Source: an uncultured bacterium
GTDB lineage: Bacteria > Acidobacteriota > HRBIN11 > JAKEFK01
Assembly (NCBI GenBank): GCA_963777505.1
Contig: CAVZQN010000001.1
Coordinates: forward strand, 675,792-739,791
Length of the DNA stretch: 64,000 nucleotides
Reading direction: 5' to 3'
The position numbers and the translations under genes are program-made. Numbering within the stretch: position 1 is the stretch's first letter; each line of letters begins with the position of its first letter. Positions 31,291 to 41,706 of the stretch are shown here, in pieces. The notes beneath the pieces are model-generated. The model was not told where the DNA came from. It saw nothing but the letters and a program-made list of their open reading frames with translations, and made no database searches.

Positions 31291-31403
31291 GTTTGTAGTA
31301 AGGCGACGCGGTTCGGCCGCATTTCTGCGGCTGAACAGTGCCGTCAAAACTCCCCAGCTCACGGCACTGCCTCGCTGGCGCTCGCCAGCGTGCCTACTAC
31401 AAA
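31291..31403. repeat. Family A palindromic element, copy 3
   Basis: GTTTGTAGTAAGGC...CAGTGCCGT...ACGGCACTG...CGTGCCTACTACAAA; contains the stop codon of the PPK2 gene. Confidence 0.85.
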
Positions 31404-32863
31404 TGATCCTTGATGTGTTTCACGGCAGAACGTAATGTCTTCACACGTGCCCACCATTTGGAGTTCCCTTCGACTACGATCCATGGGGCATAATCAGTGC
31501 TTGTTCGATTTAGCATTTCGGAGACGGCCTTGTAGTAGTCATCCCATCTTTTTCGATTCCGCCAATCGTCATCGGTAATTTTGTAATTCTTATAATCCAG
31601 CTTCTGTCTTTCTTTAAACCGGCGAAGTTGTTCCTCTTTACTAATGTGAAGCCAAAACTTGATCAAAATGACACCTGAGTTTGTCAGGTGTCTTTCAAAC
31701 TCGCGAATTTCTTTATATGCGCGGCTCCATTCCTGTTGTGTGGCAAATTTTTCAACTCGTTCTACAAGAACTCGGCCATACCAGGACCGATCAAAAATGC
31801 TAAACATTCCGGCAGGCGGAACTCTTTTCCAAAACCGCCAGAGATAATGATGATTTTTTTCTTCTTCAGTTGGCGCAGAAACTGCGGATACTTCAAACCA
31901 ACGCGGATCAAGTTTCGCTGTCAGTCTTCGAATGTTACCGCCCTTCCCTGCAGCGTCCCATCCTTCGTAAACTAAAATTACGCTATGTTTCTTCTCTGCT
32001 ATTTTGAATTGTAATTCCCGCAGTTCGTGCTGATACTCATTCACACTTTTTTCATACTGTTCTTCAGTCAGATTCTTGCTCAAGTCAGCACTCTTTAGCC
32101 TGTTATCAGAAATTTTTCGTTCAACAATCTCAATACTGCTTCGATTTGAATTTACTTTTTGTAAAGCTCCCGATAAGCCCTCTATTACATGATGGAATAC
32201 TTTTTCAGCAGCGAGATCAGAATCGCGCGCCGGGATCACAGACCATGGCGCATGAGCCGTACTCGTAAGCTCCAACATCTGCTCAACAGCAACCAGATAT
32301 TTGTCATATTTCTTTTGACGCTTTATTACATCAGGACTGACCTGCCACTTTTCAAACGGATCCTTTGCAAACTTTACCAGTCTCTTTTTCTGATCCTTTT
32401 TCGAGAAATGAAGCCAGTATTTCAAAATTAATGCGCCATCATCTACAAGATGCCGTTCAAATTCGTTGATCTCTTGATATGCAGATTTCCATTCTGTTTT
32501 TGAGCAACGTTTTTCAACGCGATCACCAAGTACACGGCCGTACCATGAATGATAAAAGATGACAATTTCTCCACGAGATGGAAGACGAAGCCAGAATCTG
32601 CGCATGAATGGATATTCAGCTTCTTGTTCTGTGGGTGGATAGATCGGATACGAACGAGCCCCACGTGGATCAAGACGTTCCGAAAGCATTCGGACAATCC
32701 CGCCCTTTCCAGTAAGATCCCAGCCTTCGAAGACAATCACTACAGGAATGTGTGCTGATCGGATTTGTTGCTGGAGTTGTCGAAGCCGATTCTGAAGAGC
32801 CGGCAGCGAATTCTTGAGTTTCTTAGCCGAAAGCTTTTGCGAAAGATCTACCTTATCAAGCAT
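31397..32863 (-). CDS. pap: Two-domain polyphosphate kinase 2 (polyP:AMP phosphotransferase)
   Basis: Two PPK2 domains: EGWDLTGKG and EGWDAAGKG, plus (D)RSWYGRVL. Confidence 0.9.
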   Translation of the reverse strand: MLDKVDLSQKLSAKKLKNSLPALQNRLRQLQQQIRSAHIPVVIVFEGWDLTGKGGIVRMLSERLDPRGARSYPIYPPTEQEAEYPFMRRFWLRLPSRGEIVIFYHSWYGRVLGDRVEKRCSKTEWKSAYQEINEFERHLVDDGALILKYWLHFSKKDQKKRLVKFAKDPFEKWQVSPDVIKRQKKYDKYLVAVEQMLELTSTAHAPWSVIPARDSDLAAEKVFHHVIEGLSGALQKVNSNRSSIEIVERKISDNRLKSADLSKNLTEEQYEKSVNEYQHELRELQFKIAEKKHSVILVYEGWDAAGKGGNIRRLTAKLDPRWFEVSAVSAPTEEEKNHHYLWRFWKRVPPAGMFSIFDRSWYGRVLVERVEKFATQQEWSRAYKEIREFERHLTNSGVILIKFWLHISKEEQLRRFKERQKLDYKNYKITDDDWRNRKRWDDYYKAVSEMLNRTSTDYAPWIVVEGNSKWWARVKTLRSAVKHIKDHL

Positions 32864-32940
32864 GTGGATGCAATATTGTACCCTCACCTCCTTTGCGGTT
32901 AAAGAGAATCATGTAAAAATAACGCTCTCAGGAGTCCGCC

Positions 32941-34785
32941 ATGAAAACAATTCTTTTTATTCTGGCATTTGCCCTATCTACTCTTTCCTTCGCAGCCGAA
33001 CCTGAAAAGAACCCAAAACTTCATGCTTTATTCGATGAAGAATGGCAGTTCCGGCTAAAAGAAGATCCGTTATTTGCAACGAATGTTGGCGTTCACACGT
33101 ACAACGATAAACTCCCATCAGTTACACAAAAGGATCAGGAACGTCGTGCACAAGCTTCGCAACAATTTCTGAATCGTTTGCATGAAATCGATCCAGCAAC
33201 GTTAAACGGTACTGATCGTGTCAGCTACGAATTGTTTGAAAGGCAGTTGAAGGACAACATCTCTGAGGTTGAATTCCGCGCATATCTGATTCCATGGACG
33301 GCCGACAGCGGATTCCATACTGGTTTTGCTCGCCTCAGCAAACTAGTCCCATTGAACACTGTAAAAGATTATGAAAATTACATTGCACGGATGAACGCGT
33401 GTCCCGCTTATATGAGTCAATACATCGAATTGTTACGCGAGGCAGTCAAAACAGGAATGACTTTGCCTTCTGCTGTCCTGGAAGGTTATGAACTTTCGAT
33501 GTCCACTCATGTGGTTGAGGATCCAACAAAGAGCGTCTTCTACGCTCCTTTCGTAAAATTACCTGTAACTGTAACTGCAAGCGAACACGAACGCCTTCGA
33601 AAACAAGGAACCGATGCAATTCGGAATGGTGTTGTCCCGGGATACAAATCACTTCTGGATTTTTTCCTTACTGAATATAAGCCTAAGGCGCGCAAAACTC
33701 TGGGTGCATCTGAGCTGCCAAATGGACGGAAATTTTATGAACATCTGGTACGCCAGTTTTCGACACTCAATCTATCTTCTGAAGAAGTTCATCAAACAGG
33801 ATTACGCGAAGTCGAACGCATTCAAAAAGAAATGTATGAAATCATCGAGAAGGTTGGATTCAAGGGCGACTTTGCAGCTTTCTTGAAATTTTTGAGAACC
33901 GATCCGCGCTTCTATCCTAAGACTGCGGAAGATTTGCTGAAAGAAGCTTCATACATTGCGAAGCGGATGGATGCCAAACTTCCTTCTTTGTTTAAAACGA
34001 TGCCAAGGTTGCCTTACGGTGTTGAGCCAGTTCCTGCGGAGATTGCGCCTAAATATACAGCCGGACGTTACGTCAACCCTGCAGAAGGAAGCACTGAACC
34101 CGGTTACTATTGGGTTAACACCTACAAACTCGATAGCCGCACTCTGTATACGCTTGAAGCGCTGACCTTACATGAAGCTGTCCCAGGGCATCATTTCCAA
34201 ACAGCGCTCGCAGCCGAATTAAAAGACTTGCCGGAATTTCGCCGCTTTACTTATCTCTCTGCTTTTGGTGAAGGTTGGGGACTTTATTCGGAATATCTCG
34301 GCCGCGAAGCAGGATTCTACACAGATCCTTACAGCGATTTTGGACGCCTCACTTATGAAATGTGGCGCGCTTGCAGGCTTGTTGTCGATACAGGGCTTCA
34401 TGCAAAAGGTTGGACGCGCGAGCAAGCTCTCGAATACCTCGGCTCACATACAGCACTTTCGCTGCTTGAAGTGCAAACGGAAACAGATCGTTACATTTCC
34501 TGGCCAGGACAAGCTCTTGCGTACAAAATCGGTGAATTAAAAATTCGCGAACTCAGAAAGAAAGCAGAAACAGAACTCGGCACAAAATTTAATGTACGCG
34601 AATTTCACGATGCGGTTCTGCTAAACGGTTCCGTTTCCCTTCCAATTCTCGAACGCTTGATCAACGAATACATCGCCAGGCAAAATAGTACGGAGCGCGG
34701 GTCTTGCCAGCCCGCAATTATTCTTGCAGGCAAGATGCCTGCGGCCCGAATGCGGACAAGGAGCCCGCGCTCCGTAAAAATCTAA
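32941..34785 (+). CDS. DUF885-family protein (true stop probably near 34689)
   Basis: HEAVPGHHFQ, EGWGLYSE, RLVVDTGLH, PGQALAYKIG; the last ~32 aa translate a repeat element. Confidence 0.92.
   Translation: MKTILFILAFALSTLSFAAEPEKNPKLHALFDEEWQFRLKEDPLFATNVGVHTYNDKLPSVTQKDQERRAQASQQFLNRLHEIDPATLNGTDRVSYELFERQLKDNISEVEFRAYLIPWTADSGFHTGFARLSKLVPLNTVKDYENYIARMNACPAYMSQYIELLREAVKTGMTLPSAVLEGYELSMSTHVVEDPTKSVFYAPFVKLPVTVTASEHERLRKQGTDAIRNGVVPGYKSLLDFFLTEYKPKARKTLGASELPNGRKFYEHLVRQFSTLNLSSEEVHQTGLREVERIQKEMYEIIEKVGFKGDFAAFLKFLRTDPRFYPKTAEDLLKEASYIAKRMDAKLPSLFKTMPRLPYGVEPVPAEIAPKYTAGRYVNPAEGSTEPGYYWVNTYKLDSRTLYTLEALTLHEAVPGHHFQTALAAELKDLPEFRRFTYLSAFGEGWGLYSEYLGREAGFYTDPYSDFGRLTYEMWRACRLVVDTGLHAKGWTREQALEYLGSHTALSLLEVQTETDRYISWPGQALAYKIGELKIRELRKKAETELGTKFNVREFHDAVLLNGSVSLPILERLINEYIARQNSTERGSCQPAIILAGKMPAARMRTRSPRSVKI
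34689..34776. repeat. Family B REP-like element
   Basis: TACGGAGCGCGGG...GCAGGCAAGATGCCTGC...CCCGCGCTCCGTA; second copy at 45820-45871. Confidence 0.85.
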
Positions 34786-35930
34786 TTCACGTCTTTTCCT
34801 GACTCTAGCGTCTTAATCATATTTTGCAGGCTTGTCTTATTGATTTCATCTGGCACTTGTTGAAGCGCAATCTTTGCATGCTTGAGTGCTTCTTTGTAGT
34901 CGCCTTTAGCTGAATGCATGCGCGTTAATCCAACTTCAACCGGCCATTGATTTGGAAATCTTTTGGCATTCAATTCAAAAATTCGATTCGCGTCATCCGT
35001 TTTTTTCTGAGCTTGAAGAGATCGCGCGAAACTATGAAGATCCATTGGACCAGCAGTTCTATGGTTTAAAGCTTTCTCTAACGTTTTCTTCGCCTCTTCA
35101 GTTTTGCCAGTTGCTTCCTGAAGCTGAGACAAAGTCGAAAGTGTTGTGAAATTTTCTTGACCAATAAATGGAAAACTTACAGCACCTTGAGCCCACTCAA
35201 GCCCCTTGTCAAACTTTTTCGCTTGCAATGCCCATTGTGCCGCTGCATCCCAGGTTTGCCAGCTAAAACCAGGGCTATCTCGAAGTTCTTCATCAATCAC
35301 TTTTACATAATAATCATCAATATTATCTACGGTGATTGTGAACGGCAGCTGCAGTTCCTCCCATCTTAAAGCGACGGTTGCTTTATTAGGTTGACGATCC
35401 GTGAATTCATACGTCAGCCATTCGTGGTATTCACTTTTTTCTGGTTTTGCTTTTACGCGAAGCGCATCTTCTGCGACTTTGTAAGTAAAACTTCCCCAGG
35501 CTGTGGAATTATTGGAGAAAATAATAGTCCATTCATTTTGATCTGGAAGAAAATGCAAACCATATGCGCCAGCTTTTAATAGCTGACCTTGCACTTTAAT
35601 GTCATGTGAAGTTTTGAAAACTGTATTTTCATTTGCACCGCCACGCCACGGACATTGGTCGCCGCAGGTGCCAAAACCAAGATTCGCCATTCCATAAGGG
35701 ACAAGAGTACCCCAGACCTTGCCGCGACGATCCGTTCCATCGGGTGCATGAACATCAGGACTGCTGTAATCAATTGAAATTTGTACGAGACCTATATGTT
35801 GGGTAACGGTCGCTCGCTGATTGTCTCCGCTGGGAGGTACGGTGATACCACGAAACTGAGCATCAGCAACAAATACGATTCCAAAGATACATAGAATAGA
35901 AACACCAACTGCCAAAATGTTTCTTTTCAT
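34782..35930 (-). CDS. DUF2911-domain protein with TPR-like C-terminus
   Basis: VTQHIGL, IDYSSP, WGTLVPYG, WRGGANENT. Confidence 0.88.
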   Translation of the reverse strand: MKRNILAVGVSILCIFGIVFVADAQFRGITVPPSGDNQRATVTQHIGLVQISIDYSSPDVHAPDGTDRRGKVWGTLVPYGMANLGFGTCGDQCPWRGGANENTVFKTSHDIKVQGQLLKAGAYGLHFLPDQNEWTIIFSNNSTAWGSFTYKVAEDALRVKAKPEKSEYHEWLTYEFTDRQPNKATVALRWEELQLPFTITVDNIDDYYVKVIDEELRDSPGFSWQTWDAAAQWALQAKKFDKGLEWAQGAVSFPFIGQENFTTLSTLSQLQEATGKTEEAKKTLEKALNHRTAGPMDLHSFARSLQAQKKTDDANRIFELNAKRFPNQWPVEVGLTRMHSAKGDYKEALKHAKIALQQVPDEINKTSLQNMIKTLESGKDVN

Positions 35931-36032
35931 AATTTTCTCCTAAGGTTTGTTTTAAGTGGTTTTACAAGTTGTCGACGAAACATGCGATTCAAATGTCGCA
36001 AGCGGGAATTTTTGAGAACCGAAAGGGTGAAT

Positions 36033-36827
36033 TTATTGCTTGATCAGTTCGAGCATTTCGAAGGCCCGTTCACCCAGATATCGGCGAATCATTGTACGAA
36101 GTGATCCCGTTTCATTCATCTGTTTGAGATGCGCATTGATTGCATTCCGCAGGTCGCTATTTTGTTGAACGGCAAAACCATAGTCAAAATGTTCAGGAAA
36201 ATGAAATGCCATTTTTAGATCCGGATACTTGTCGATATTGCCAATGACTGCAGATGAATCGAAAATACCGAAATCCGCTTTCCTTTCAGTGACCGCCTGA
36301 AACTGAGCCGTTGTATCTTCAGCATCAATCAATTGAACGTTTTTTACGGACTTCATCCGCTCTTCCATAATTGTGCCCAGCGTCAAAGAACATTTCTTGC
36401 CTTCAAGATCTTGTTCTTTCGCAATCGAACTCTCTTTTCGCACGACAATCATCATTACTACCGGGAAGTATGGATCGGAAAAGCTGACAATTTTTTCACG
36501 CTCTTGGGTGATCGTTACTGAACTTGCAATCACATCTCCTTCGCCATTCAGAAGCGCCGGAATTAAGTCCTTGAAATTCTCAAGAGGTTTAACTTCAAGT
36601 CCGACACCCAGACTATTGGCTAGAGTTTTCATGATTGCGATATCGAGTCCGTCATATTTTCCCGGTCCAGTTTGATAAACAAACGCGAGTGGATCTGGAT
36701 GCGACAAGACAATCAACTTCTTCCGTGCTTTTATTTCATCCACACTGGCAGCATGTGAGAAGGCTGCGGATAGCAGAATTAAAACGGCGAGAAATATTTG
36801 ACGTTTTGCAGATTTGCTCTGAATCAT
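36033..36827 (-). CDS. Family-3 (polar amino acid) solute-binding protein
   Basis: GLDIAI, LIPALLNGEGDVIASSVTITQER, FSDPYF. Confidence 0.9.
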   Translation of the reverse strand: MIQSKSAKRQIFLAVLILLSAAFSHAASVDEIKARKKLIVLSHPDPLAFVYQTGPGKYDGLDIAIMKTLANSLGVGLEVKPLENFKDLIPALLNGEGDVIASSVTITQEREKIVSFSDPYFPVVMMIVVRKESSIAKEQDLEGKKCSLTLGTIMEERMKSVKNVQLIDAEDTTAQFQAVTERKADFGIFDSSAVIGNIDKYPDLKMAFHFPEHFDYGFAVQQNSDLRNAINAHLKQMNETGSLRTMIRRYLGERAFEMLELIKQ

Positions 36828-36877
36828 TCTCCCCTTCACACATCTTAACGCGCAAGACATTGAGTTACAATACACAT

Positions 36878-38551
36878 ATGCTAAAAACAACCGCGCACGC
36901 CATTTTTCTCATTTTGATCCTCCTTCTTCCTGCATACAGCAAGGAACCGATACAACCAAAAGCCGATCGCATTTTCACGGATGGAAAGATCTGGACCGGT
37001 GATCCCAAAAATCCGTGGGCTCAAGCTCTGGCAATCAAAGATGATCTTCTTTCAGCGGTTGGATCGAACGAAAGTGTAATGCAACTCAAGGGAGATGAGA
37101 CAAAAGTAATTAATTTAGGCGGAAAGCTGGTTGTGCCCGGATTCAACGATGCTCATTTACATTTTCTAGTGCGCGACCAGGTCATGCTTGAAGAATCTGA
37201 TGATCTGAAAACAATTCAGAAGCGGCTCCGCGAATTCGCAGAAACGCACAAAGATTCTCAATGGATCCTGGGCCGGGGCTGGGGCTATGCATCGTTTCCG
37301 AATCAGCATCCGCATAAACGTTATCTGGATGAAGCCATTTCGGATCGCCCTATCGTTTTGGAAGAACGAGACGGCCACATGGCAATTCTGAACAGTAAAG
37401 CGCTAGAACTTGCAAAAATTACTGCGAAGACGCCCGATCCAGAACATGGACGTATCATTCATGATGAAAAGGGAGAACCTACTGGTGAATTGCAAGAATC
37501 CGCAATGGATCTTGTCGATGCCCTCATTCCTCCTGCCAGCGATGAGGAAAAGTATCACTCATTAAAACGTTTGCTCGATCAAGCTGCATCATACGGACTC
37601 ACTTCCGTACAAAATGCGTCGTTTAGTAAGGATAATTTGCCCGCTTACGATCGTGTTCTAAAAGAAAATGGATTAAAAGTGCGATTTTACTTTGCTACTC
37701 CATTTAAGAAAGATGCAACCGCGGAGGATTTCACTTACTTCCGTTCATTCAGCAAAAAATATCCAGAAAAAATGATCAAGTTTGGCGCTTCAAAAGGGAT
37801 GCTGGATGGCGTTGTCGATGCGCAAACCGCCGCAATGTTTGAGCCTTACACAACAGGCAAAAACGGAATCGCGATGTGGAATCAAGAAGATCTGAACAGA
37901 GCGGCTGTTCAATACGATCGTGAAGGGTTTCAGATTTTTCTTCATGCAATCGGTGATAAAGCAATTGCAATGGCTCTCGATGCATATGAACACGTTTCCA
38001 AAACCAATCCACCGAAAGATCGCCGTCATCGCATCGAACACGTTGAAGTACCGCGATTGAGTGACGTACCAAGATTTAAGCAGCTGAATGTGATTGCATC
38101 CACACAAGCACTGTTTGCAAATCCCGATAAGACAACGCTTGAGAATTACGCCCCATTACTCGGTCCGGCGCGTGCTTCTCATGCGAATGCCTTTAAGATT
38201 TTTGATGATGCAGGTGCTGTACAGGCGTTTGGAAGTGACTGGCCTGTTTTTTCGATGGAAGTTCTTCGTGGAATTTATTGTGCAGCATCACGTACAACGC
38301 CAGAAGGAACTCCAGCAAAAGGTTATTTTCCGGAACATCGCATTTCAGTGGAAGCAGCCTTGCGGCATTTCACCGTAGATTCGGCGTACGCTAGTTACGA
38401 TGAAAAAGTGAAAGGGATTCTAGCGCCTGGAAAATTTGCTGACTTTGTCGTGTTGTCAGAAAATATTCTGGAGCCGCCTGTTGAAAGAATTCTGAAAACG
38501 AAAGTAATGTTAACCGTAATGGGCGGCAAAGACACGCACGGAAGTCTTTAA
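36878..38551 (+). CDS. Amidohydrolase 3 (YtcJ-like), secreted
   Basis: PGFNDAHLH, HAIGDKA, RHRIEH, GSDWPV; start at MLKTTAH. Confidence 0.92.
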   Translation: MLKTTAHAIFLILILLLPAYSKEPIQPKADRIFTDGKIWTGDPKNPWAQALAIKDDLLSAVGSNESVMQLKGDETKVINLGGKLVVPGFNDAHLHFLVRDQVMLEESDDLKTIQKRLREFAETHKDSQWILGRGWGYASFPNQHPHKRYLDEAISDRPIVLEERDGHMAILNSKALELAKITAKTPDPEHGRIIHDEKGEPTGELQESAMDLVDALIPPASDEEKYHSLKRLLDQAASYGLTSVQNASFSKDNLPAYDRVLKENGLKVRFYFATPFKKDATAEDFTYFRSFSKKYPEKMIKFGASKGMLDGVVDAQTAAMFEPYTTGKNGIAMWNQEDLNRAAVQYDREGFQIFLHAIGDKAIAMALDAYEHVSKTNPPKDRRHRIEHVEVPRLSDVPRFKQLNVIASTQALFANPDKTTLENYAPLLGPARASHANAFKIFDDAGAVQAFGSDWPVFSMEVLRGIYCAASRTTPEGTPAKGYFPEHRISVEAALRHFTVDSAYASYDEKVKGILAPGKFADFVVLSENILEPPVERILKTKVMLTVMGGKDTHGSL

Positions 38552-38569
38552 CCGCAAAGACTCAAAGGT

Positions 38570-39556
38570 CTAGCGGTCAGCGTAGACAAACACTACGGGT
38601 TCGCCGGCATCGTTCAGATAGCCACGTTTGACGCTATCAACATTCACAAAAGGTGTAGCCATATTCCCTTTGGAATCAAGCGCAATGACTCCGCCATCAC
38701 CACCAAGATCAGCCAGCATTTTCAACACGACAGTTTCCGCAGCCTGAACGACGCTTTTGCCTGCATATTCCATCTGTGCTGAAATTTCATGCGCCGCAGC
38801 TAGCCGGATAAAGTATTCGCCGGTACCTGTTGCTGATACAGCAACCGTTTTATTATTGGCGTATGTCCCGGCACCAATGATCGGCGAATCTCCGATGCGT
38901 CCAAATCGTTTGTTCGTTGTACCGCCGGTAGATGTTGCCGCAGCAAGATTGCCGGAAAGATCAAGCGCAACTGCGCCGACAGTTCCATGCGGTTTGCTTT
39001 GTATTTCGTTTTTCTTTTCCTTTTGTAAAGCATCCCAGCGTTTTTGTGTGAAAAAATATTTAGGATCTACAAATTCTATTCCTTGCTCTTTTGCAAATGC
39101 TTCAGCACCATCGCGAGCCATCATGACGTGCTTTGATTTTTCCATCACGAGCCGCGCAAGACTGATCGGATTCTTAATTCGTTTGACACCAGCTACGGAG
39201 CCAGCTTTCAGATTTGAACCATCCATAATGGATGCATCGAGCTCATTCGTGCCCTCAGCCGTAAAGACTGCACCTTTACCTGCGTTAAACCATGGCGAAT
39301 CTTCAAGGATCCGTACAACTGCTTCAACAGCGTCCAGGCTTTTTCCACCTGATGACAGAATCTTTTTGCCTGCCAGTAATGCTTCCGTTAACGCTGCCCG
39401 AATTTCCTTTTCTTCTTCAGCCGGTAGAGCCTCTGAGATCGTTCCGCCATGAATCAAAAGACGATACTGAATTGCAGGCATTTTCTTTTCTTCTCCTGTC
39501 GAAAAAGACACAGTTATGATGAGTAATCCTGCGATGATGAGAATCTTCCACAACAT
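38570..39556 (-). CDS. iaaA: Isoaspartyl peptidase/L-asparaginase (Ntn hydrolase)
   Basis: IHGG, FNAGKG, ELDASIMDG, GTVGAVA, TSTGG, GRIGDSP, TGTGE. Confidence 0.93.
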   Translation of the reverse strand: MLWKILIIAGLLIITVSFSTGEEKKMPAIQYRLLIHGGTISEALPAEEEKEIRAALTEALLAGKKILSSGGKSLDAVEAVVRILEDSPWFNAGKGAVFTAEGTNELDASIMDGSNLKAGSVAGVKRIKNPISLARLVMEKSKHVMMARDGAEAFAKEQGIEFVDPKYFFTQKRWDALQKEKKNEIQSKPHGTVGAVALDLSGNLAAATSTGGTTNKRFGRIGDSPIIGAGTYANNKTVAVSATGTGEYFIRLAAAHEISAQMEYAGKSVVQAAETVVLKMLADLGGDGGVIALDSKGNMATPFVNVDSVKRGYLNDAGEPVVFVYADR

Positions 39557-39565
39557 ATTGCGCTC

Positions 39566-40141
39566 CTACATCACGTTCCCTTCGTTTGTAATTAATATCC
39601 AGGGAGTCTTCAAAATAATTTTAAAATCAGACCAGAAGGTTGCATCTTCGTAATACTCAACATCCATTCGGAGTTTTTCAGGAATCGGGAGAGCTGCCCT
39701 TCCGTTGACTTGAACAAAACCTGTCAGGCCGGGCCTATATTTCAATACTTGTAACTGGTAGTCATCGTATTCTTCTACGATCTCAACAACTTCAGGTCGA
39801 GGGCCAACCAGACTCATTTCGCCATTTAAGACATTAAAGATTTGCGGTAGTTCATCCAGAGCTGTCCTTCGCAAAAACCAACCGACTTTAGTAACCCTGG
39901 GATCATTTTCTTGAGTTAGAATCGGCCCAACTTTGTCCGCATTCTGGATCATCGTCCTCAACTTATAAACCTCAAACGGGATTTTATTCTTTCCAGCTCT
40001 GAGCTGTTTGTAAAATGGTGAACCCTTTGATTCCAGTCTGATTGCAATTGCACAAACGATTATTAACGGCAAAGCAAACACGAGTCCAAGAAGCGATAAT
40101 ATTACATCGAAAAGTCTTTTTAGAACGCTGTTTGAATACAT
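39566..40141 (-). CDS. Bacterial sugar (phosphoglycosyl) transferase
   Basis: [29 protein letters not shown]. Confidence 0.93.
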   Translation of the reverse strand: MYSNSVLKRLFDVILSLLGLVFALPLIIVCAIAIRLESKGSPFYKQLRAGKNKIPFEVYKLRTMIQNADKVGPILTQENDPRVTKVGWFLRRTALDELPQIFNVLNGEMSLVGPRPEVVEIVEEYDDYQLQVLKYRPGLTGFVQVNGRAALPIPEKLRMDVEYYEDATFWSDFKIILKTPWILITNEGNVM

Positions 40142-40228
40142 TTCCCCTTACACAAAGAAATCACTTACGATTAACTCCCCCACTCCCACAGATTGAAATT
40201 ATCTTACATCATTATATTTACAATGGTG

Positions 40229-40699
40229 TTATTTCTTTCTGGTAAACTCAACGGTCATTCCTTTGTCCATGGTCGGATCGCTTGTTGTCCACGCCTGGCT
40301 CATGTGATCGGCATCTTTGATCGTGAGTACGAGACCTTTAATATGCGGTGCTTTTGTGTCGGTCAAGTTGGTTGCATCAAGATAGCTAAACTTGTAGGAA
40401 TTCCCTGAGACTGTGCCTTCAAATCGGGGTTGATTATTCATGGCACAGTAATGAGTCATCATCAATTTAGGACCATTCATGTGATAAATGCTGACCATTT
40501 CGGTATCGCCAGGCATTCCGAGTGTTTCCTCCAGTGCAGTACCGTTAGAGATTAATTCATATTTCACATATGCGTCTTTTCCATCTGTAGTCTTACCTTC
40601 CCATTCACCAACAAGAGTTTTCAATTGATCAAAGTTGGGATCAGCAAATGCTGAGAGAGATGCAAATAGAAAAATTAAGATAAAACTAAATCGTGTCAT
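40229..40699 (-). CDS. Secreted hypothetical beta-barrel protein
   Basis: AAGGAG RBS, signal peptide, LVGEWEG, THYCAMNNQPR. Confidence 0.8.
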   Translation of the reverse strand: MTRFSFILIFLFASLSAFADPNFDQLKTLVGEWEGKTTDGKDAYVKYELISNGTALEETLGMPGDTEMVSIYHMNGPKLMMTHYCAMNNQPRFEGTVSGNSYKFSYLDATNLTDTKAPHIKGLVLTIKDADHMSQAWTTSDPTMDKGMTVEFTRKK

Positions 40700-40853
40700 A
40701 CCTTGAACTCCTTGGAATGTCTTTATTTTACTTAACGTTTTTGACATTTGAAAACCCTTCGCTAATTACCCTAAAGTACTATTGCATCTTTTTAAGGAGA
40801 GTGTATGGTTATCGTGAGACATCTGTCCAGATCATTGTGGAGGTGACCTGAGG

Positions 40854-41216
40854 ATGCCTGAGGTCAAGGTACTACTTGTGCAAGAAATAGGAACCATGAC
40901 TGGTGAATTCTTGAATATGATGAGAAACGCCGGTCTTGTGGTTCTTGGCGTCGCCGAAACAGGTGACGATGCAGTCCGGATTGCAACTGAAAAACATCCG
41001 GATATTGTGCTGATCGATACCCGGCTAAGGGTCGGGATGACGAGTGCTCAGGTTGCAGACGCATTTTCCGTATTAGATAATCCGCCAGGCATCATTTACA
41101 TCACTTTTAACAAGAGTGATGTACCCAATATTCCCGCACATCCATATGTTTTGAAGCCATTTTCGTTGGAAGAAATTACGAAGAAAATTCACGAAGTCCT
41201 AAAGATTCAGCCGTAA
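40854..41216 (+). CDS. Single-domain response regulator
   Basis: PDIVLID and VLKPFS; GGAGG upstream. Confidence 0.85.
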   Translation: MPEVKVLLVQEIGTMTGEFLNMMRNAGLVVLGVAETGDDAVRIATEKHPDIVLIDTRLRVGMTSAQVADAFSVLDNPPGIIYITFNKSDVPNIPAHPYVLKPFSLEEITKKIHEVLKIQP

Positions 41217-41242
41217 GAAATTTGGCCTAGTAAATCAATTGT

Positions 41243-41277
41243 TAGCCCCCAGCGTAACGCCGGGGCTATTTTCTTTT
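41243..41277 (+). terminator. Intrinsic terminator
   Basis: TAGCCCC...GGGGCTA stem followed by TTTTCTTTT. Confidence 0.75.
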
Positions 41278-41306
41278 GGCAAATTATGAAAGGGATTTAG
41301 AAATTA

Positions 41307-41350
41307 AAACCAGGGTTGCCGGGGTTTCAATGCCAGCAAAACCCTGGTTT
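41307..41350 (-). terminator. Hairpin, possible terminator for the minus-strand small gene
   Basis: AAACCAGGGTT...AACCCTGGTTT. Confidence 0.5.
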
Positions 41351-41409
41351 AGAAGATGCTTTAAAGCACAAACTCAATTGATAAGAACTGATTTATATAT
41401 TGCCTGAAG

Positions 41410-41586
41410 TTACACCCTCGCGAAATGACTTTCAACGTCTTTATCAATTAATCTCAGGATGTCTTCAACGCTCATTGCCGTTGCTTCTGAAGCATTGATT
41501 ACATTTTCCATGAGCTTGCACACTTCCTCATCATTAAGAAAGTTCAGTATGAAGAAATTGTCTCTTAACCACATCAGGTCGAGCAT
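41410..41586 (-). CDS. 58-aa acidic small protein, absent from the ORF track
   Basis: GGAGGT 5 nt before ATG; MLDLMWLRDNFFILNFLNDEEVCKLMENVINASEATAMSVEDILRLIDKDVESHFARV. Confidence 0.6.
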   Translation of the reverse strand: MLDLMWLRDNFFILNFLNDEEVCKLMENVINASEATAMSVEDILRLIDKDVESHFARV

Positions 41587-41706
41587 TCTGCACCTCCAGT
41601 GTGTGCTGATTCAATTATTTTCCTGGATAAAATCTGGATTAGAGCAGAATTTGCAGAAGATTTGTCATATGGATTGTTACAAGTAAGAACCCTATACTTT
41701 TGAGGA

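Noticed and set aside
34690-34785. Novel C-terminal domain on the DUF885 protein
   Set aside because: It is translation of a REP-like element; one extra A in CAAAATAG would give a normal stop
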